Source: Vicugna vicugna (taxonomy: Eukaryota). Taken from it: a stretch of DNA of 64,000 nucleotides. The translations under genes were made by a program, and so were the position numbers. The DNA lies in assembly GCA_013265495.1 (NCBI GenBank), contig MU057987.1, positions 248,001 to 312,000 of the forward strand, read 5' to 3'. Below, piece after piece: positions 12,758-27,070 of the stretch (positions are counted from its first letter, which is position 1; each line of letters starts with the position of its first letter). The notes beneath the pieces were generated by a model. The model made no database searches and was not told the origin of the DNA. It saw only the letters and a program-made list of their open reading frames with translations.

Positions 12758-15700
12758 CTAGAAGAGAGGAGAAGTGAACTGCATCCTTCCTCATCCAGGA
12801 TGACCCTCCCGTTAACAACTGGCCATACTTCCTGCCTGGTGGGTAGTAAGGTCATCAGATGGTTTAGAGCCCACTCAGCCAACTGTCCCAGGGAAGAGTG
12901 TGTCTCAGGGACAGAAGTGGAGCTGAGGAAGATGGGAATAATGACGGTGGCGCTCTGCCCTCCCCTCGCATCGTCAGGAAGACTGCTGACCGTGCCTCTA
13001 AGGGGCACCTGGAGTTTGCGAGCAAGGCCTCGGGCTCCTCTGAGGTCCGAGTCAAGAGAGCTGGGAGAGAACGCTCTCAGTCTGGGCCAAGAGGAAGCTC
13101 AGGCTGCAGGTGGATCCAAATTGCCAGTCTGCTGGAGCAAGCCTGGCTGGAGGACACCTATGGTCCCCGATGAGAAGGCAACACCCACAGCATTTTCAGG
13201 GAGGAGGTGCTGGTCTCCCCAGCTCCAAGGAGCTGAGGATAAGTGTGTCCCTGAGTTTGGAAGGGGGTGGCCAGCAGAGAACACTTGGCAGCAGTGAGGC
13301 TTCCTCCAGTGTCTGCAGAGTGGTGACAATGCCCACATCTCCCACAGGCTAGCGTGTAGTCACGATCTGAGGACGGGGCAGCACCTGGACCCAAAGGCAC
13401 AGCTGGAGGACATGCACAAGGATGTGACCCCAAACTACTGAGAGAACCTGAAGAGATTCCAGGAGAGCCCATACAGCATCTCTGAATTGTAACAAATATG
13501 GTTTATGAATTTAAAAATTCAGTAGGTAGATGGGAAAAAATGAGTCCTTAACATAAACAGAATAATTTAATTGATAAGCTCAAGTTTATAAATAAATATA
13601 GACTTGCAATATGCACCAAATAGAGACCATACGTTTTATATATCAAAGAAATGTCTACAAAAAAATGATCAGATACTGGTCTCCAAAGGAAACTTTCACC
13701 AGTTTCTCATAACCGAGATTGGTTTTCTCCCCCTGAGACATATTATCTGATTGAAAAAAAAGTTTGGAACTGGAGAATTCTAAAATGACTCAAAACACAG
13801 TAACTCCTGAATATTAGTAAACAGTTGTGCAATTTATACGTGGAAGAAAGAAGACTCTACGAATGAGAAAAGGACTTGAGTTCGGCATTATTAAATTGGA
13901 CCTCTCTCTTGACCCTGCCCGGGAAAGCAATAGCTCACAGGGTAGGCACCACATTTACCTCTCCCGGAAAGGCTCAAAAGGTGAAGCTACCTTCCAGGTG
14001 AAGCAGTTTTAGGTGGGTTACCCTAGAAAACAAAAACAGAACAGCGCAAGCCATTCAAGCCTGCACAGCGCTCTCCTTGACAGCACCGGAAATTTATTTA
14101 TATGTTTCTTCCTTTCCTTTGTGATTTTTAATGTGTTCTGCCTTGGAATTTAGTGCTAGCCCTTTTTTTATATTTATAAGTAAATTCTTGTATGCCTTAA
14201 TATTATTCTGGGGAGTCAAAGTGTTTGAAGCCAGACTACAGACAAAGCACTGAAGGCAGAGGATGGCCCTAAATGCTGGAGATCTGCTGGCTGTGTGAGG
14301 GTGAGAGCAATCTCCTTGCCGGTGAGTCAAGGAAAGTGATTCAACAGCCACGCCTCAGCCTGGAAATTTTATCCCGGGCCTGAAATCTTGGAATGTTTTG
14401 GATCATGCCTGAGAGCCTGTGTATGTCTCAAGCTAGGCAAGAACCTGCCTGGAAAGTCCTTTTGCTTTTGTTCACTTTGAGTCCTTGAGGTTGTCACTTC
14501 CATCCTTCAGTTAGCTCCGGGCATCACTGGGAACACTTTCTGTGGCTGCCTGCTTGCTTTGAAAGCAGCACCAAAATATATGCGCCTTTGTAGAGATTAT
14601 GCTCCATCGTCTCTGCTGAGTCTTCAGATGTAACCTCTTGCCTCCCATCACACAGATTAGGGAAGCACTGTCCTCCCTTTGCAGACTACCCCAATGGCCA
14701 ACACTGCAAGCTGGCAACAGCCAGAGCAGCTGGACAGAAGGAGTTTCCATCTTCGGTTTGTTAAAAACAAGTCTGGATTAATAGGCAAAACCATTCCAAA
14801 AGCAAATTTTCCTTTGTTCTTACGAAGCACCGCCTTAGGGAATAAGGCACCTTCCCCTGAGAAATGCAGGATGAGGAAAAAAACTTGCTGACATTTTGTA
14901 GATAGCTCCCAAATGTTCAGGTCATCATAACCCGAAGAATTAAAATAAAGCCCAGAGTGCACTACCATTAAGGTCTCAAGTCAGTGTGCACATATAAGGA
15001 AAGAAAAACATTTCACTGACATTCTATTTATGACTTCTTACTTAGGTAAATCTTAATTGGCACCTCTGTGGTTGGCTTTGATAGAGCCCAAACTGCCCGA
15101 AAAACAGGAGCGACTTTCCAGCGTGAAAAATGTCAAGGATTGTTTGTACTAGTTACAACGTTAGTTAAAGTCATATTGGTTGAGCTGCTCCAAAATATAT
15201 AAAGGTTCAAACCCAACAGGAACGTTTTCTTGCTAATGCCGTGTCCAGACTGGGCATTCCTAATCAGAAGGTACCTCTCTTCCAAGTGATGATCCACAGG
15301 GATCCCGTTTCAACCTGTGGCTTCCAAGGTTGCTTGGGTGATGATCCCCTTTTCCAGCCAATCAGAAGGAAGCAAAAGCAGAGAGCATATCGTGAGGGAA
15401 GCAGCCACGAGCCTGGCTGGGAGGTAGCACATGGGACTCACGCTTCTGTTTCGTTTTCTGGAAGTCAGTCACATGACCACACGTGGGAGGCTGAGAAATA
15501 CGGCTAAGCTATGAGCTCAGGAAAAAGAAGAAACGGATTTGATAGACATCTGGAAGGCTCTCCCGCTCTGGTCTTCTAAATTCGTTTTTCTTTTTCTTTT
15601 TCTTTTTTTTAAAGAACTAGGTATATTCTTAAAAATCAATGCAATCCACCTCTAACTTGAAATGTATTCGATAGGCAATACCACCACTTAAATTACCACT

Positions 15701-16296
15701 AAAGTTATTCTATATTAAATTACCTATTCTGAATCTTTTTCAAGTATCTTTCCCAATCAGTTATCCTTCTCATGTGGCTTTGTCTTTTCCCTTTCTGCGT
15801 AAAGATTTGGTTTTAATCCTTGACTACAGCACACAGTTCATCTCCAAATGTGCACTAACTGTGGTGTTTATTCAGCTGAGCCAGGCGGGAAGCAGGAAAG
15901 GCTCACTGCAATTCCTCCCTTAGCTGGGGGCTTTTCTGTCTCCAGTGTCCCATATCCTTCACCTGGCAAACCAAGCCCCTTGCATGGACTCAGGAGAAGG
16001 TGATGGGTCAGACAGCTGTCCCTTTATCCTCACTGTCCACATGCTGACGCCAAAACCTTGTGTAAGCATCGGCACGAACAGGGGAAGATGTGGTTAACTG
16101 CCAGTCTAGCTGCTACCAGGCACCACTTGATGTTCGTGGAGACTGACACGAAGGAATGCTTCTGAGAAATCCCCCTTTGGCAGTGCAGCAGAAATTTCAC
16201 ATCCACCCTAAAATCACTTGCTGAGCGATTTGCACTCTGCCAGAAAAGTTTCCATCAGCAGAAAGGACAGCAGGGGTTTGGGTATGAAAACACCAC

Positions 16297-16379
16297 CGTA
16301 GATTGCGTTTGCGAAGGCCCACGGAAAGAGGTGCCCTCAAGTTTTTCTGGCAATATCTGCGAGGATCTTAATGAGGCAC
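16297..16379 (-). CDS. Candidate exon (GASLRSSQILPEKLEGTSFRGPSQTQST)
   Basis: Good acceptor ttttttctttttccaacaag; weak donor ACG|GTGGTG. Confidence 0.35.
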
Positions 16380-19300
16380 CTTGTTGGAAAAAGAAAAAAG
16401 TCAACCCAGAAGGCAAATGCTGAGACGCCAGAGTGATGGATGCACATGAGAATACTGAGATAGTGCGGAGGCAGAAATGCTGTTTCTAGAGCACAGTCTG
16501 TTATGCCTCCAGATGCTATGAGGGTAACTACAGCACCACGTGTGGCCGTGACAATCTTGGCCACGATCTGCAGTTGAAGCAAGAGGCCAACTAGAACTGC
16601 TCACATGCTTCCCTGCCCCAGCTGGGCAAGACTCGAGACATCAGCCACTGAATCCCACTGCACAGGAATGGTATCAATTAAAGAGCTTGCACACTTTGCT
16701 GTCTGTGTTTTACTCGGTGTCCCCTTTTTCCGATTACTTGTGTTAACAATGCATTCTAAGTCTTCCCTTATGACTTGGGTCAGTTCACCCAGCCTTGACC
16801 TCCTGGTCCCCCCCACCTCTTCATTTCTTCCTGAGTCCCACGGCTAGACCACTGTCATATTGTATCAATTTTTCAGTCCAATCTTCTGTTCCTGTTTCTT
16901 ACATAAAACCCACACAACCACCATTCTGTGGCCTGAATAAAACTATAATGACTAATTTTTGTTACTTCGTAATTTAAATATTTCCTTGTCTTTTTCTCTC
17001 ATCAACCTCAAACATACCAGTCTTCTTTACTTTTCCCTAAGGCTTAACCTCAGGTAGGAGGTAGCTAAATAATCTGACAAATACATTGCAAAAAAAAAAG
17101 TGTTCATTTAGGTTATACATAAATATGCTTATTCACTAAGGAATGAGTCTGCATAAAATACAGATGTTCTGAATACGATGCTTTAACAAAACAGGCAGCC
17201 CTAGTGGTGAAACACCTGACACCTGGTACTTGTATAGGGGAGATGTCTGGGGAAAGAGGTTTCTGGTGCCCTTTAAATAACACAGTAAAGTGACCCTTTT
17301 CTTCCTACATCTACAGCCATCATTTTCTCATGATTTTTCTCAAAAAACATTAAGAGTTCTGTGGGACACTAACTACTGCTGCATCTAGTTTGTTTCAAAT
17401 AAACTGACATAATGATATTTAACAGTATTTTTTATTCAATGCATTAATACAAGTACAAAAGACTACAGAGATAATATTTAATGTACCCTCAGAATGATTA
17501 AGAAATGCATAAACACTTCTGTGTATCATGTTCTCGACCCATTTGGCTTACTCCACGGATAAGAGTCAATTTAAATAGTAGCAGATGAACTAAGATCAAT
17601 GGAATAAAAAAAAATCTGAACGCAGAGATGAAAATAGCAAAAATCGTTATCTGTGTAAATATAAGATTGGAGAGCAAGAGTCAAAAGCGCTTCAGGAATT
17701 GACAGAAGAGTCAACAGAAGTCAAGAAAAACTCAAGGCAAGAATGGACAGGAAGAACAGTTCTAAGTACACAGAGGCTTGATAAAATGCTAACTGACGGC
17801 AGTGGGATTTACTGATCACAGGGATACAGGTCAATTTGCAGTAAACTCCAATAATCAAAACGCCTCCACAATGGCATACAATGAAAACTGACGTGCGTAA
17901 CAATGACTATAAGTCACTGAAAGGTCCTGAATGCCGCTGAACCGCAAAACATTTGATTGTGCTCAGTGTAATTTTAGGGATAAATGCATTTATTTCTGAG
18001 TAAAGAGACAAAAAAAAAAATTCCATTTGCAAGGAGCTGTTTTACTAAAGATCATGAAAGTTTTGAGCTAGAAAGTATCCTGTTGCAGCACCAAAGCTGT
18101 AGTGTTAATTCAGTAAAACACACCAAACCAGAAAGCAGAAGGATGTCAGGGATACTGGGGTTGAGGGGCTATGCAGTGGGGTTAAGGGGCAGGAGCATAG
18201 AAGAGGCAGGCCTTGCATGAGATCCAGAATAACAAACATGATCTGTCAACTTCTAACAGGGTAAATCCATACAGCTGAACCCAGGTGATCTGTGTGGACA
18301 AAAATCCATGGACAAACCACCAAAGCATGGAAACGAGCAGGAAAGGTGATCAGTAGTCTGAGGTAATATCCTCATATATTTCTTACAACCTACAAGGGGT
18401 CTTAGTGGTCTGGTTATCAAAAGGAGCAACTTGCCTCTGCTGTCTTTCTCACCCTGTTTTACCAACGGGCAAAACTAAAGCTTAAGCTAAATGAATTGTC
18501 CAGGCCATACTGCTGAACTGGGACTCATACTCAAGTTTTACAATTTTTGGACAGTATTCTCTTAAATCTAAAAAGCAACCTCCAGGCAGACATGCCTGAG
18601 GGCTCAAACCATCCAGCGTTTCCCGCAGTTCGTGTCTTCCTGGATGTACAAGCAATCTGACGGCCAAAGGAGGACACTCAATTCAATCTCTGCTTTTTTT
18701 TTTTTTTAATTCACTCTGTAACATGAGATGCCTCAGACTAGATGGTTTATTATCCTTGGACCAGTCTTCCTTCTGAAAGGAAAAGGGGAACTGTCCCCAT
18801 CTTGGGACCGTAAATTACCTCAACCCATTAATGCTACACTCCCACGTTCACGCAGCCAGTGGTCTGTTGGCCCTAAATCAACTTGAAAAACAAACAAGCT
18901 TAGCAGAGTTTGTCACCCTAAATTCAAATAAAGCTCTACTTGGATCATCTGTGAGCAAAAAAAACCCAAACCAAACCAAACCCCCTCCCTCCCCTGCCTG
19001 TTATTTAGTGCCTGTAACTGAGTACAAGTATGATACTACTTCAGTCTCAAGGAGTTTACAGTGTACAGATTATTTCTCAGTCAGATGAATCTAAGTAATA
19101 GAATTGTTCTAAATCACTTCTGTAAATAATTAACTTTCAAAAAAAAATCACACCATGTAACAGTAGGAAAGTGATCTGCAGGGCATGTGGTCATGGTACA
19201 GTCTTCCTGTCTCTGAATATTTTTTTCCCCCGTTTTCAGATAAACCTTGACTTTTTTCAGGGCAAAATAGCATCAGTTGATCTGCCTGATATATTTGTAC

Positions 19301-19775
19301 AAAGTAAAACTTTTATAAGATAAACAACACTTATCATGCCTCTTTAAAACTGTACCTTTTGCCCTATATTATATAACATACACAATGTGCTAAAACAAAC
19401 TGTTTTTGAACTCTCAGCTTTTTGTAAATTATGGGCAAACAAGCCTGTGGTTTAAAATGGTAAGTGTAAAATATAATTGAGCTTGACTCTCCTGGAATGT
19501 GACTCTGCACATCTGGTCTCAAGGTCACGCTCTTCTCCTGGGCAACAGACGCTGGCTGTTCAGCTGTGTTTCCCCTCCTCAGCTAACCACCACTACCTGG
19601 AGTTTCTGCTGGTGTTCAGTATTATTTTCTTATTCTCAGGTTCATAATTATAAATACGGTGACTGAAAACAACTAGCTCTTCATTCGAATTTTTGTCCTG
19701 AGTGACCGTTAAGAATTCACTACCCCTCTTTTTCCTCTGTTCCTCCTCCATACTGTTTATTAGAAAGTGATGTGA

Positions 19776-19953
19776 AGGCGGAGGGGTCTAGCTCGGTGGT
19801 CCAGCAGGTGCTTAGCATGCGTGAGGTCTTGGGTTCAATCCCCAGCACCTCCCGTAAAAAAACAGGTACATAAATAAGCCTAACTACCTCTCTTCCTAAA
19901 TAAATAAATAAAAAGAAACTGCCACTTAAAGAAAAAATTTTTTTTAAAAAGGA
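19776..19953 (+). mobile_element. tRNA-Ala-derived camelid SINE (vic-1 type)
   Basis: tRNA-Ala(AGC)-like head, A-rich tail, 14-bp TSD agaaagtgat(g/a)tga at 19762-19775 and 19954-19967. Confidence 0.85.
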
Positions 19954-20449
19954 AGAAAGTGATATGAGTGTGCTCCCTCAACTTCCTCTAACCAAAAAGT
20001 CACTGGGAAGATTTATTTTTAAAAGTATGTGTTTAGCCTTCTGAATAAATAATACATCCACAAGAATAAATCAACAAGTGCAAAATGGCCTAGAGTGAAG
20101 AGTCCTTTTCCCATTCTAGCTGAAGATACACTTATCTATTCACATCGCCCCTTTACACCAATTTTATCATATAAATCACACTGCTTCACAGCTTGCCTTT
20201 TTTTTCTGGCTTAGCAATATATTTTGAAGAGCTTCCATATTACTGCATAGAGAGTGTCTTCATTGCTTTTTTTTAAAAGTACACACTGACTGGTAGTTTC
20301 TCAAACATAGATTCTCAAACGCAGGTGTTTTGAAAAGGAGAATGGAAATAACATGACTGCATGCCTGTTCACAACGAAACAGAGGCAGAATAAGCCCCAG
20401 TCCTCCAGCTCTGCACACAGACCACTCAGTGCTCAAGGGTTAGGGAAAT

Positions 20450-20474
20450 CACACACACACACACACACACACAC
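20450..20474 (+). repeat. (CA)12 microsatellite
   Basis: Read directly. Confidence 0.95.
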
Positions 20475-20684
20475 TTGAGATCAGGGACTGATGTTTTTGT
20501 AGCTAATTTAGGTATGCAAAATATCAACGATTGATTCTTCACTAATCCATCCAGGATGGGGAGAGCCGACTTTATCGCTGAAACAGCTAGAAAAATTAGA
20601 GTCCTGCCATTCAACTGTTGCTTCTAAAGTGTGAACAGAGTCAGTAACATAATTGCCCTATAAAGTCATGAACTCATAAACACC

Positions 20685-20860
20685 CTGAAGTGACACTTGT
20701 TGAGAGCGTTACAGTGTACCAGGCACTGTACTGACGTTGTTACAAGGACTAGCTCACTGAAAATCTCAAAATAATATAAAACTATTATCGTTCTGCTGTT
20801 ACAGCCAAGAACAATGAGGCAAACGAGCAGAAGTAATTGATCTACAACAGTAAGTGATAC
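20685..20860 (-). mobile_element. MIR SINE fragment
   Basis: cacttgttgagagcgttacagtgtaccaggcactgtact...gaacaatgaggca. Confidence 0.65.
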
Positions 20861-21639
20861 AACCAGCTTCCTAAACAGGACATATCTCAACAGAACCGTC
20901 CTGCCCAGCCCCAGGTGGTAGTGCCATGATGTCTTTCTTCGATGGACTAACCAAGCACCTTCACTAACTCTCAGCCCAGAGTCTCATTTTGTACAGTTCC
21001 CAAGCCAGGTGGGCCAAATCTCGCCTTCTGTTCCACTGTTTACTGGTCATGTCACCCCGGGTAAGGCGCTGACCCCTCCTCTGAGCCACTGGGGATAATG
21101 AAATTTAGAACTGTTGAGTCAAACATTGTATCCATTTTCAGTGGTGTTCTCCTTGGTGTTACACAAAATTGCACTGTTGTTAAGGATTAAATCAGAGAAT
21201 ACACATAAATTAGGTAAAAAATCCTTGGCAGGATTAGATGCCCAATAACTGAGAGTTGAAATAATAACAGAAGTGGTATCAGAGTTGATTTCCTAAAGAA
21301 ATTAGCTAGACCAGAATTTAAGAATATAAACAAGACTGAATGTCTCTGAAGTCCCTAATATGATGGCCTTGACTTTTTGAGACCTTGTGGAAACTTAGAA
21401 ACGCCAGAGGCTGGTATGATCTCCTAAAGAGTTACTTTTGCTTGCAAGACATCAAATGAAAGCACTTGTCTATTGACTTATGGTTAGCATGATATGCTCT
21501 GGAAAAAACACAACAAAGAACCTAAAATATCTCTACCCCAAATTTAACTTAACCCATCTTACTGTGGGGGGAGCGGCAGAAGCTGGAGTTTTTTCCTCAG
21601 GTACTGACTGAAAGTTCAAACTCATTCCTCATCTCTCAC

Positions 21640-21658
21640 CTGGGACAGTTAACAGTGA
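21640..21658 (-). CDS. Candidate 19-nt microexon (SLLTVP)
   Basis: ctttctccctag|TCACTGTTAACTGTCCCAG|gtgaga. Confidence 0.3.
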
Positions 21659-21715
21659 CTAGGGAGAAAGGCTTTTGAACATAGGGCTTGAGGCTTTCAA
21701 AAAAGATCGGAGACA

Positions 21716-22335
21716 TTTTTAACAGCTTTGTTGAGATAAATATCATACAATTCACCCATTTAAAAGGTACAATTCAATGTTTTTTAGTGTATTCACTAAA
21801 TACATTGTGCAACCATCACCAGCCCAATTTTAGAACATTTTCATCACCCTAGAAAGAAACTTGGGACCCACGAGCAGCCACCCCCCAAACTCCCCATCTG
21901 CCACCCAGCCTCTGGCAGTCACTAATCACTCTTCTGACCTTCTAGACTGGCCTCCTTTGAACATTTCATATAGACGGAATAATATAATTTGTGGTCCTTT
22001 GTGAATGGCTTCTTTCACTTAACATCATGTTTTCAAGGTTTATTCCAGTTGTTAGCATATACTGGTTCTTCACTTATTACCAAATAATATCCCACTGTAT
22101 GGATACATGACTTTTTGTTTACCCAGTTGACCAACAAGTTGCTTCTACTTGTTGCTTATTATGAGTAATGCTACTATGAACATTTGCGTACACATTTTTG
22201 AGTGGATATATGTTTTCACTTCCCTCAGGTGTATGCCTTGGAGTGGAACTGCTGGGTCACATGGTAACTCCAGTTAAACCTTTTGAGAAATCTCCAAGCT
22301 GTTTTCCAGGGCACTACACAATTTTATATTCCTAC
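21716..22335 (-). mobile_element. L1MB-type LINE 3' end
   Basis: aacagctttgttgagata...ttcacccatttaaaaggtacaattca...ggagtggaactgctgggtcacatggtaactc. Confidence 0.9.
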
Positions 22336-22645
22336 AACTTGAGCCACTTTTAAAGCCTACCATTCCGTGTTCACTCTTAAAAAAAAAGAAAAAGAGTGGC
22401 TTCACTTTGACTTGTCATTTTACATCTGTTAGAGACCGGCCGACGAGCCAGGTTAAGTGATGTGGTTAATGAAGGAAAATATTATCACACATTAAATCAC
22501 TAAAATGTTTATTTAAACATCTTCTGTCTCCCTTTTGTTGAACAATCCAGTCACACTTGTCATCTAATCCTTTCGTTATAATGTATTTTTTCCCCTCTCT
22601 GAACCTTCCCCAACAGTGTTCGTGGCGTGAGACAATTCCTGCTAC

Positions 22646-22733
22646 CTGTGCATTAGTTCCCCCAACGCTAGTGGTTTCAGTCTTTGTATCAGTTTGTTTA
22701 ACTGCTTTCCTGCTGCTTTTACAAATGTAACCT
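22646..22733 (-). CDS. Candidate 88-nt exon (RGYICKSSRKAVKQTDTKTETTSVGGTNAQ, or alternative frame EVTFVKAAGKQLNKLIQRLKPLALGELMH)
   Basis: gaatctag| ... CAG|gtagca; two open frames; moderate splice sites. Confidence 0.3.
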
Positions 22734-24086
22734 CTAGATTCACAGTAACAATTTGACAAGAAAATGAATAGATGGTGCCAAACAATAAAGTGCAAAAAGA
22801 AAAAACCATAAATTTTTTGGGAAATCATGTTTTACTATGTTACTCATTATCCAAGAACACGAAAAGTAAAAGAAAGCAAAACTTAGCCATAAGGATAGTT
22901 GTACACGTGCCCTTTGTCTGTAATTTGAAAAAAATCCACAAAATTGTATCTCCTAACAGGAAGGTAGGTAGGTATTGTATTAATCTAGCAATAAGGTAAA
23001 GTTACTTATTTTTAACATAGATTGCAATTTAAGTATAGAGTTGAATATAACTTCCTTCTTACATATCATGTTAGAAAACTATACACTTGTTGTAATACTT
23101 TTTAATTTTATTTCTGGCACTCCTTTGGTGATGCCTGCAGAACCCACATAATGCATTCAAAGTAATTCCACAAAATATTAAATGGGTGTCAACCATCTGT
23201 AAGGCCCTGTGCTAAACATTCTTTTGAAAAGAATTCTAGAAGCTATTATTCTTTTGAATATGCTCATTGGAAGCAAATACTCCTCCATGGATGGTGGATT
23301 TTATTTGGGGAAATAGTCAAAGTTATTCAAAGTCAATTCTGATGGATGAGGTGGGTGAGATCCAACAAGCCAGGTGACATTCTTAACGGTCAAAATTATG
23401 TGTGACTATAAATTTATGAGGCTGGTTTTCTTGTGTGGTTCATTAACCAGATTTGAAGACAATTACATAAGATGAGTTCTAGCAAAATTCAGAGTCACAG
23501 AGACAATGGTGAGGGATGTAGTGGCAAAGTGACTATTTAATGGATGGCAATCTTTGGATGTATTAGCCCTGGCCTGTTTAAAAAACTCACTCATTGCTTA
23601 TGGGCACACATTAGATCGTGCCAAAAAATAGTGGACCCAGGAAAAACTCAGCCACGTCCACAGCCAGGATAATGTTATTTTCCAGTGATTGTGCTTCCCT
23701 CCCTGACAAAGACAGAAGACAAGTGTTAGCACAGGTGACACAGAGTTTTCCCACAGCCAGAGAAGGGCTGGGGCTTGAATGACACCCATTCTAACAAAGG
23801 AATCGACCCAAAGGAAAACATTCCAACTGACAGATGCCTCTTCAGTGCTTGGCGTGCAGAACCTTCTGCAGGTGGCACTACTTGGAGTAGTCCCGGAGAG
23901 GGAACTTGGCTCTTACTATGTGTTACAGGATTAAAGCTAGTTTAATCGCGCTTTAAAGAAATACATCACAGTTAGGTGCTATGTTTTGATTACTTACTGC
24001 ATTCTGTGTGTTCCCCCAACTTCTTTGGACTCTCTTCAATCTGAGAGCTTCTCTTTCGTATGCGAGTCCAAGAATGGTCGCTAAGC

Positions 24087-24400
24087 TGTCTTGGTTACTA
24101 GGGCTGCAGGCACAAATCGCCACAAACTGGGTGGCTTAAAACAACAGGAGTCTATTGGGTCATGGTTCCGGACACCTGGTGCCAGCGGGGTTTGTTCCTT
24201 CTGGATGCTGAGGAGAAATCTGTTCTGAGCCTCTTTCCCCGTTGCCCACAGCTGCTGGAAATCCTTGGCATTCTTTGGCTTGTACATGCCTCACTCCAGC
24301 CTCTGCCTCTGTCATTACGGGACTTTCTCCCCTTTGCGTCTGTGTCCAAATTTCCCTCTTCTTAGGAGGACACCCGGCATTGGAGTGGGGCCAGCACAGT
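24087..24400 (-). mobile_element. MLT1C/D-like LTR, partial
   Basis: agggctgc..cacaaactgggtggcttaaaacaaca...aatccttggcattctttggcttgt..cactccagcctctgcctc. Confidence 0.85.
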
Positions 24401-26399
24401 CGGACTGGGGACCTGAAATACAAATTGAATCATTCTTACCTACTATGCAATCAAGGTAGAAAGTCTGATGATTAATTTCTCTGTCTACTTCAAATTTCTA
24501 GCAGAAGGACTTTTACACGATAGGTGTTTAATCATGATTTATTGCGTAATGAATGACAAGTAGCAGGAAGATCTAAAAATGCTTTGAGCTCAAATCATGG
24601 GAAAAGTTGTTGTTACAAGTTATCGTTTCATCTCTGAGTATTGGGGAGAGAGGTGTTGGAGAGGGGTCACAACTGCTCACAGAATTGACATCAACTCTAT
24701 AGAACAGGGAACTGCACGGGGATGCTTCACGTATTTTCCAGACTCTGATGCTATTAAAGGTCTTTAGATGCTTTGTTTCATCCTTCTGTGATGGCTGTGC
24801 TGGGGTGATGACATTTCATCTTGAATGTCTAGAGGCTTGTTAGCAGAGACCCTGTCACCGCCAGGGATCACAGCATTTTTGTGCTCAGTCCTTAGGGCAC
24901 TGATCTCGGCTGTACAGCTGGACTCGGCAGCAGACGCCACATGCACTAACATGACAAGCAGCTGGATCTCCAGCCAACAGGCAGAGTTATTTTCCTGAAA
25001 TGAATGGCAGTTTGCAAAGCAGAGCAGGGGGTGGCTTTTTCTTTCCTATGTCACTCAAATCAGTTCAACTTCAGCAATCACAGAGATCCAAAGAGAACAG
25101 AAGAGGAAAAGGTAGTTTATTTTGGCAGCGTAGAGCTAAGGTGTGTTTAGAGCAGGTGGAAAGAAGCAGCCCGATCTGCCTAATCTGTTTCTGCAAAATT
25201 GACTCGAGGTGGGATTGAATATAAAGCAAATGCAGAGAGGGGGACAGGACAGGCAAAACACCTAAGTACACAAGTCAACTCTGGGCATTCAGAGCACTTT
25301 TATACAGGCTCTCTGGGAGCAAAATTATCAATGTAGCATGGCTCTCACTTTCTTAGCCATCTACCTTTGTTGCAAGACAATCTCTCTGTCCCTGGAAGCT
25401 GTAGATCGGGAAGTGAGCAACAGAATGACCACAGGCTTTAACTCGATGTTTGCTCTGAGACTGGAAACCATCCAGGAAACGGTGACTTCGTTTCCAGCTG
25501 AAGTCGATGTCCGCCTGGCTCTCAATTAGAGCAGTGCTGTTGGCAGTTACAGGGACATCTCCTTTATTTCCAAAGAAAGTAAAATGTCAGCTAGTCAGGA
25601 AGGAGTTATTTTTCCATTTTTTCATTAGTCAGTGGCTTGTGGCATTTCAAGGTACCGTGGGGGAGAGAAATGTATAGCCTGCTTTAACTTTATGTCTAAG
25701 TCAATCTTTGGGAACATCGTTTTTCAAGAAGTATTTCAACCTGCATACTCCTCACACCTAGTGAGAGCTGAATGAGCAAACATGTTGAGAGGACTGTTTC
25801 TCAAATAAAATAAGCTACATGTTAGAGTTTATTTGTACAAAGCCATTCAAACTTGATGAACTGGGTCACAAAGACAAGCAAAGAGCACATGAAATGCTTG
25901 TTTTACAGGCACAGATACAGAGAAGCGACCTGTGGTCCCGCATCTTTTGAGGTCTCTGATATTTGGAATCCCACACAATATACGGGAGCAAAATCACTGT
26001 AATTCTAACCAAGACGGGCCAGGCTCAGCGGACCACAGAATATTGGATTTGGGTAATTCTGCTTAATTATTGAAGAGTAGAAAGCAGCAGCAAATAGCAG
26101 AGAGTGGCCATTAATAAAAATTCTGACCTGGTAGCACAGGACCAGGTCTAGCCAGAGGTATGCTGTCCGAGGTTGGAGAAGAGATCTCAAGCCATAGTTA
26201 CATTTGGGCTTTTAAACAGAGTCCACTTTAAGGTAAATTTATCAAAATAACAGACGTTCTCTCACTGGCAAACCATTCATTAGTATGTTCCAAGTAGAAC
26301 TGTACAGAAAAGACCACATATCATTTTAGAATGTACAGAGAATTAAACATGTTTAGGTGTGTTTGTGTGTTGTATAACAGAAAAAAAAATCATACACTA

Positions 26400-27070
26400 C
26401 ATCATTAAAACCAAGTTCTGGATCTTTGAAAAGACAGCAAAATTTTTAAAAGAAGATAAACTTAGGTAAGTCTGATTGAAAGAGAAAAGATACATTATCA
26501 AGAGTCTTACAAGTAAGTCTTTAAGTGTATACATAAAGAGGATTTAAAATATTAAAGTATGTAAAATAGTATTTACCAATACATTTGAAAAACTAGAAAA
26601 AGTGCCTTCCTAAGAAAGTGTCTATTACTAAAACTGACTCAAGAAAAGGGCATAAGCCTAAAAAAGATCTTTCAAAAATGACAGTCAAAGGCTGACAAGA
26701 TGCACTTCTAAGAAAGAATGAGTCTAAATGATTTTGTGGGTAAGCACTTCGCAATCACTAAGGAAAAGACAGTTTCCGATATGGAGAACAGAAAAAGAGG
26801 GAAAGTTTCTTAACTCACTTTAAAACCTAGCATTATCTAGATCCTGAAACAAGTGACAAGCACAAGAAAAAAGTATATAAACACGAGTGCAACACACACA
26901 CACACACACAAACTCATAAACATTATTTTCAAGTAGAACACAGGGATATATTCAAGAATAAAATAAGAAAGAAAATATTTTTCAATATTGAGGAATATAA
27001 AGTAATAAATGTATAAAATAATCAATAACAGTCACACAGAAAAGGATTTGATAAAGTTTATCACTCATTT
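26400..27070 (+). mobile_element. Ancient L1M ORF2 remnant
   Basis: Decayed L1 ORF2 motifs: tctttgaaaagaca, aaaactgactcaagaa, aactcactttaaaacctagcatta, cagaaaaggatttgataaa. Confidence 0.7.
26892..26910 (+). repeat. (AC)9 microsatellite
   Basis: Read directly. Confidence 0.9.

Noticed and set aside
12800..13472. GC-richer block with a 165-aa ORF and many overlapping ORFs
   Set aside because: Stop-codon depletion follows from base composition; no recognisable domain or convincing splice pair.
16606..16843. Minus-strand ORF or exon PWDSGRNEEVGG...LGQGSM
   Set aside because: Poor acceptor and no homology; its phase leads into the terminating frame of the next exon.
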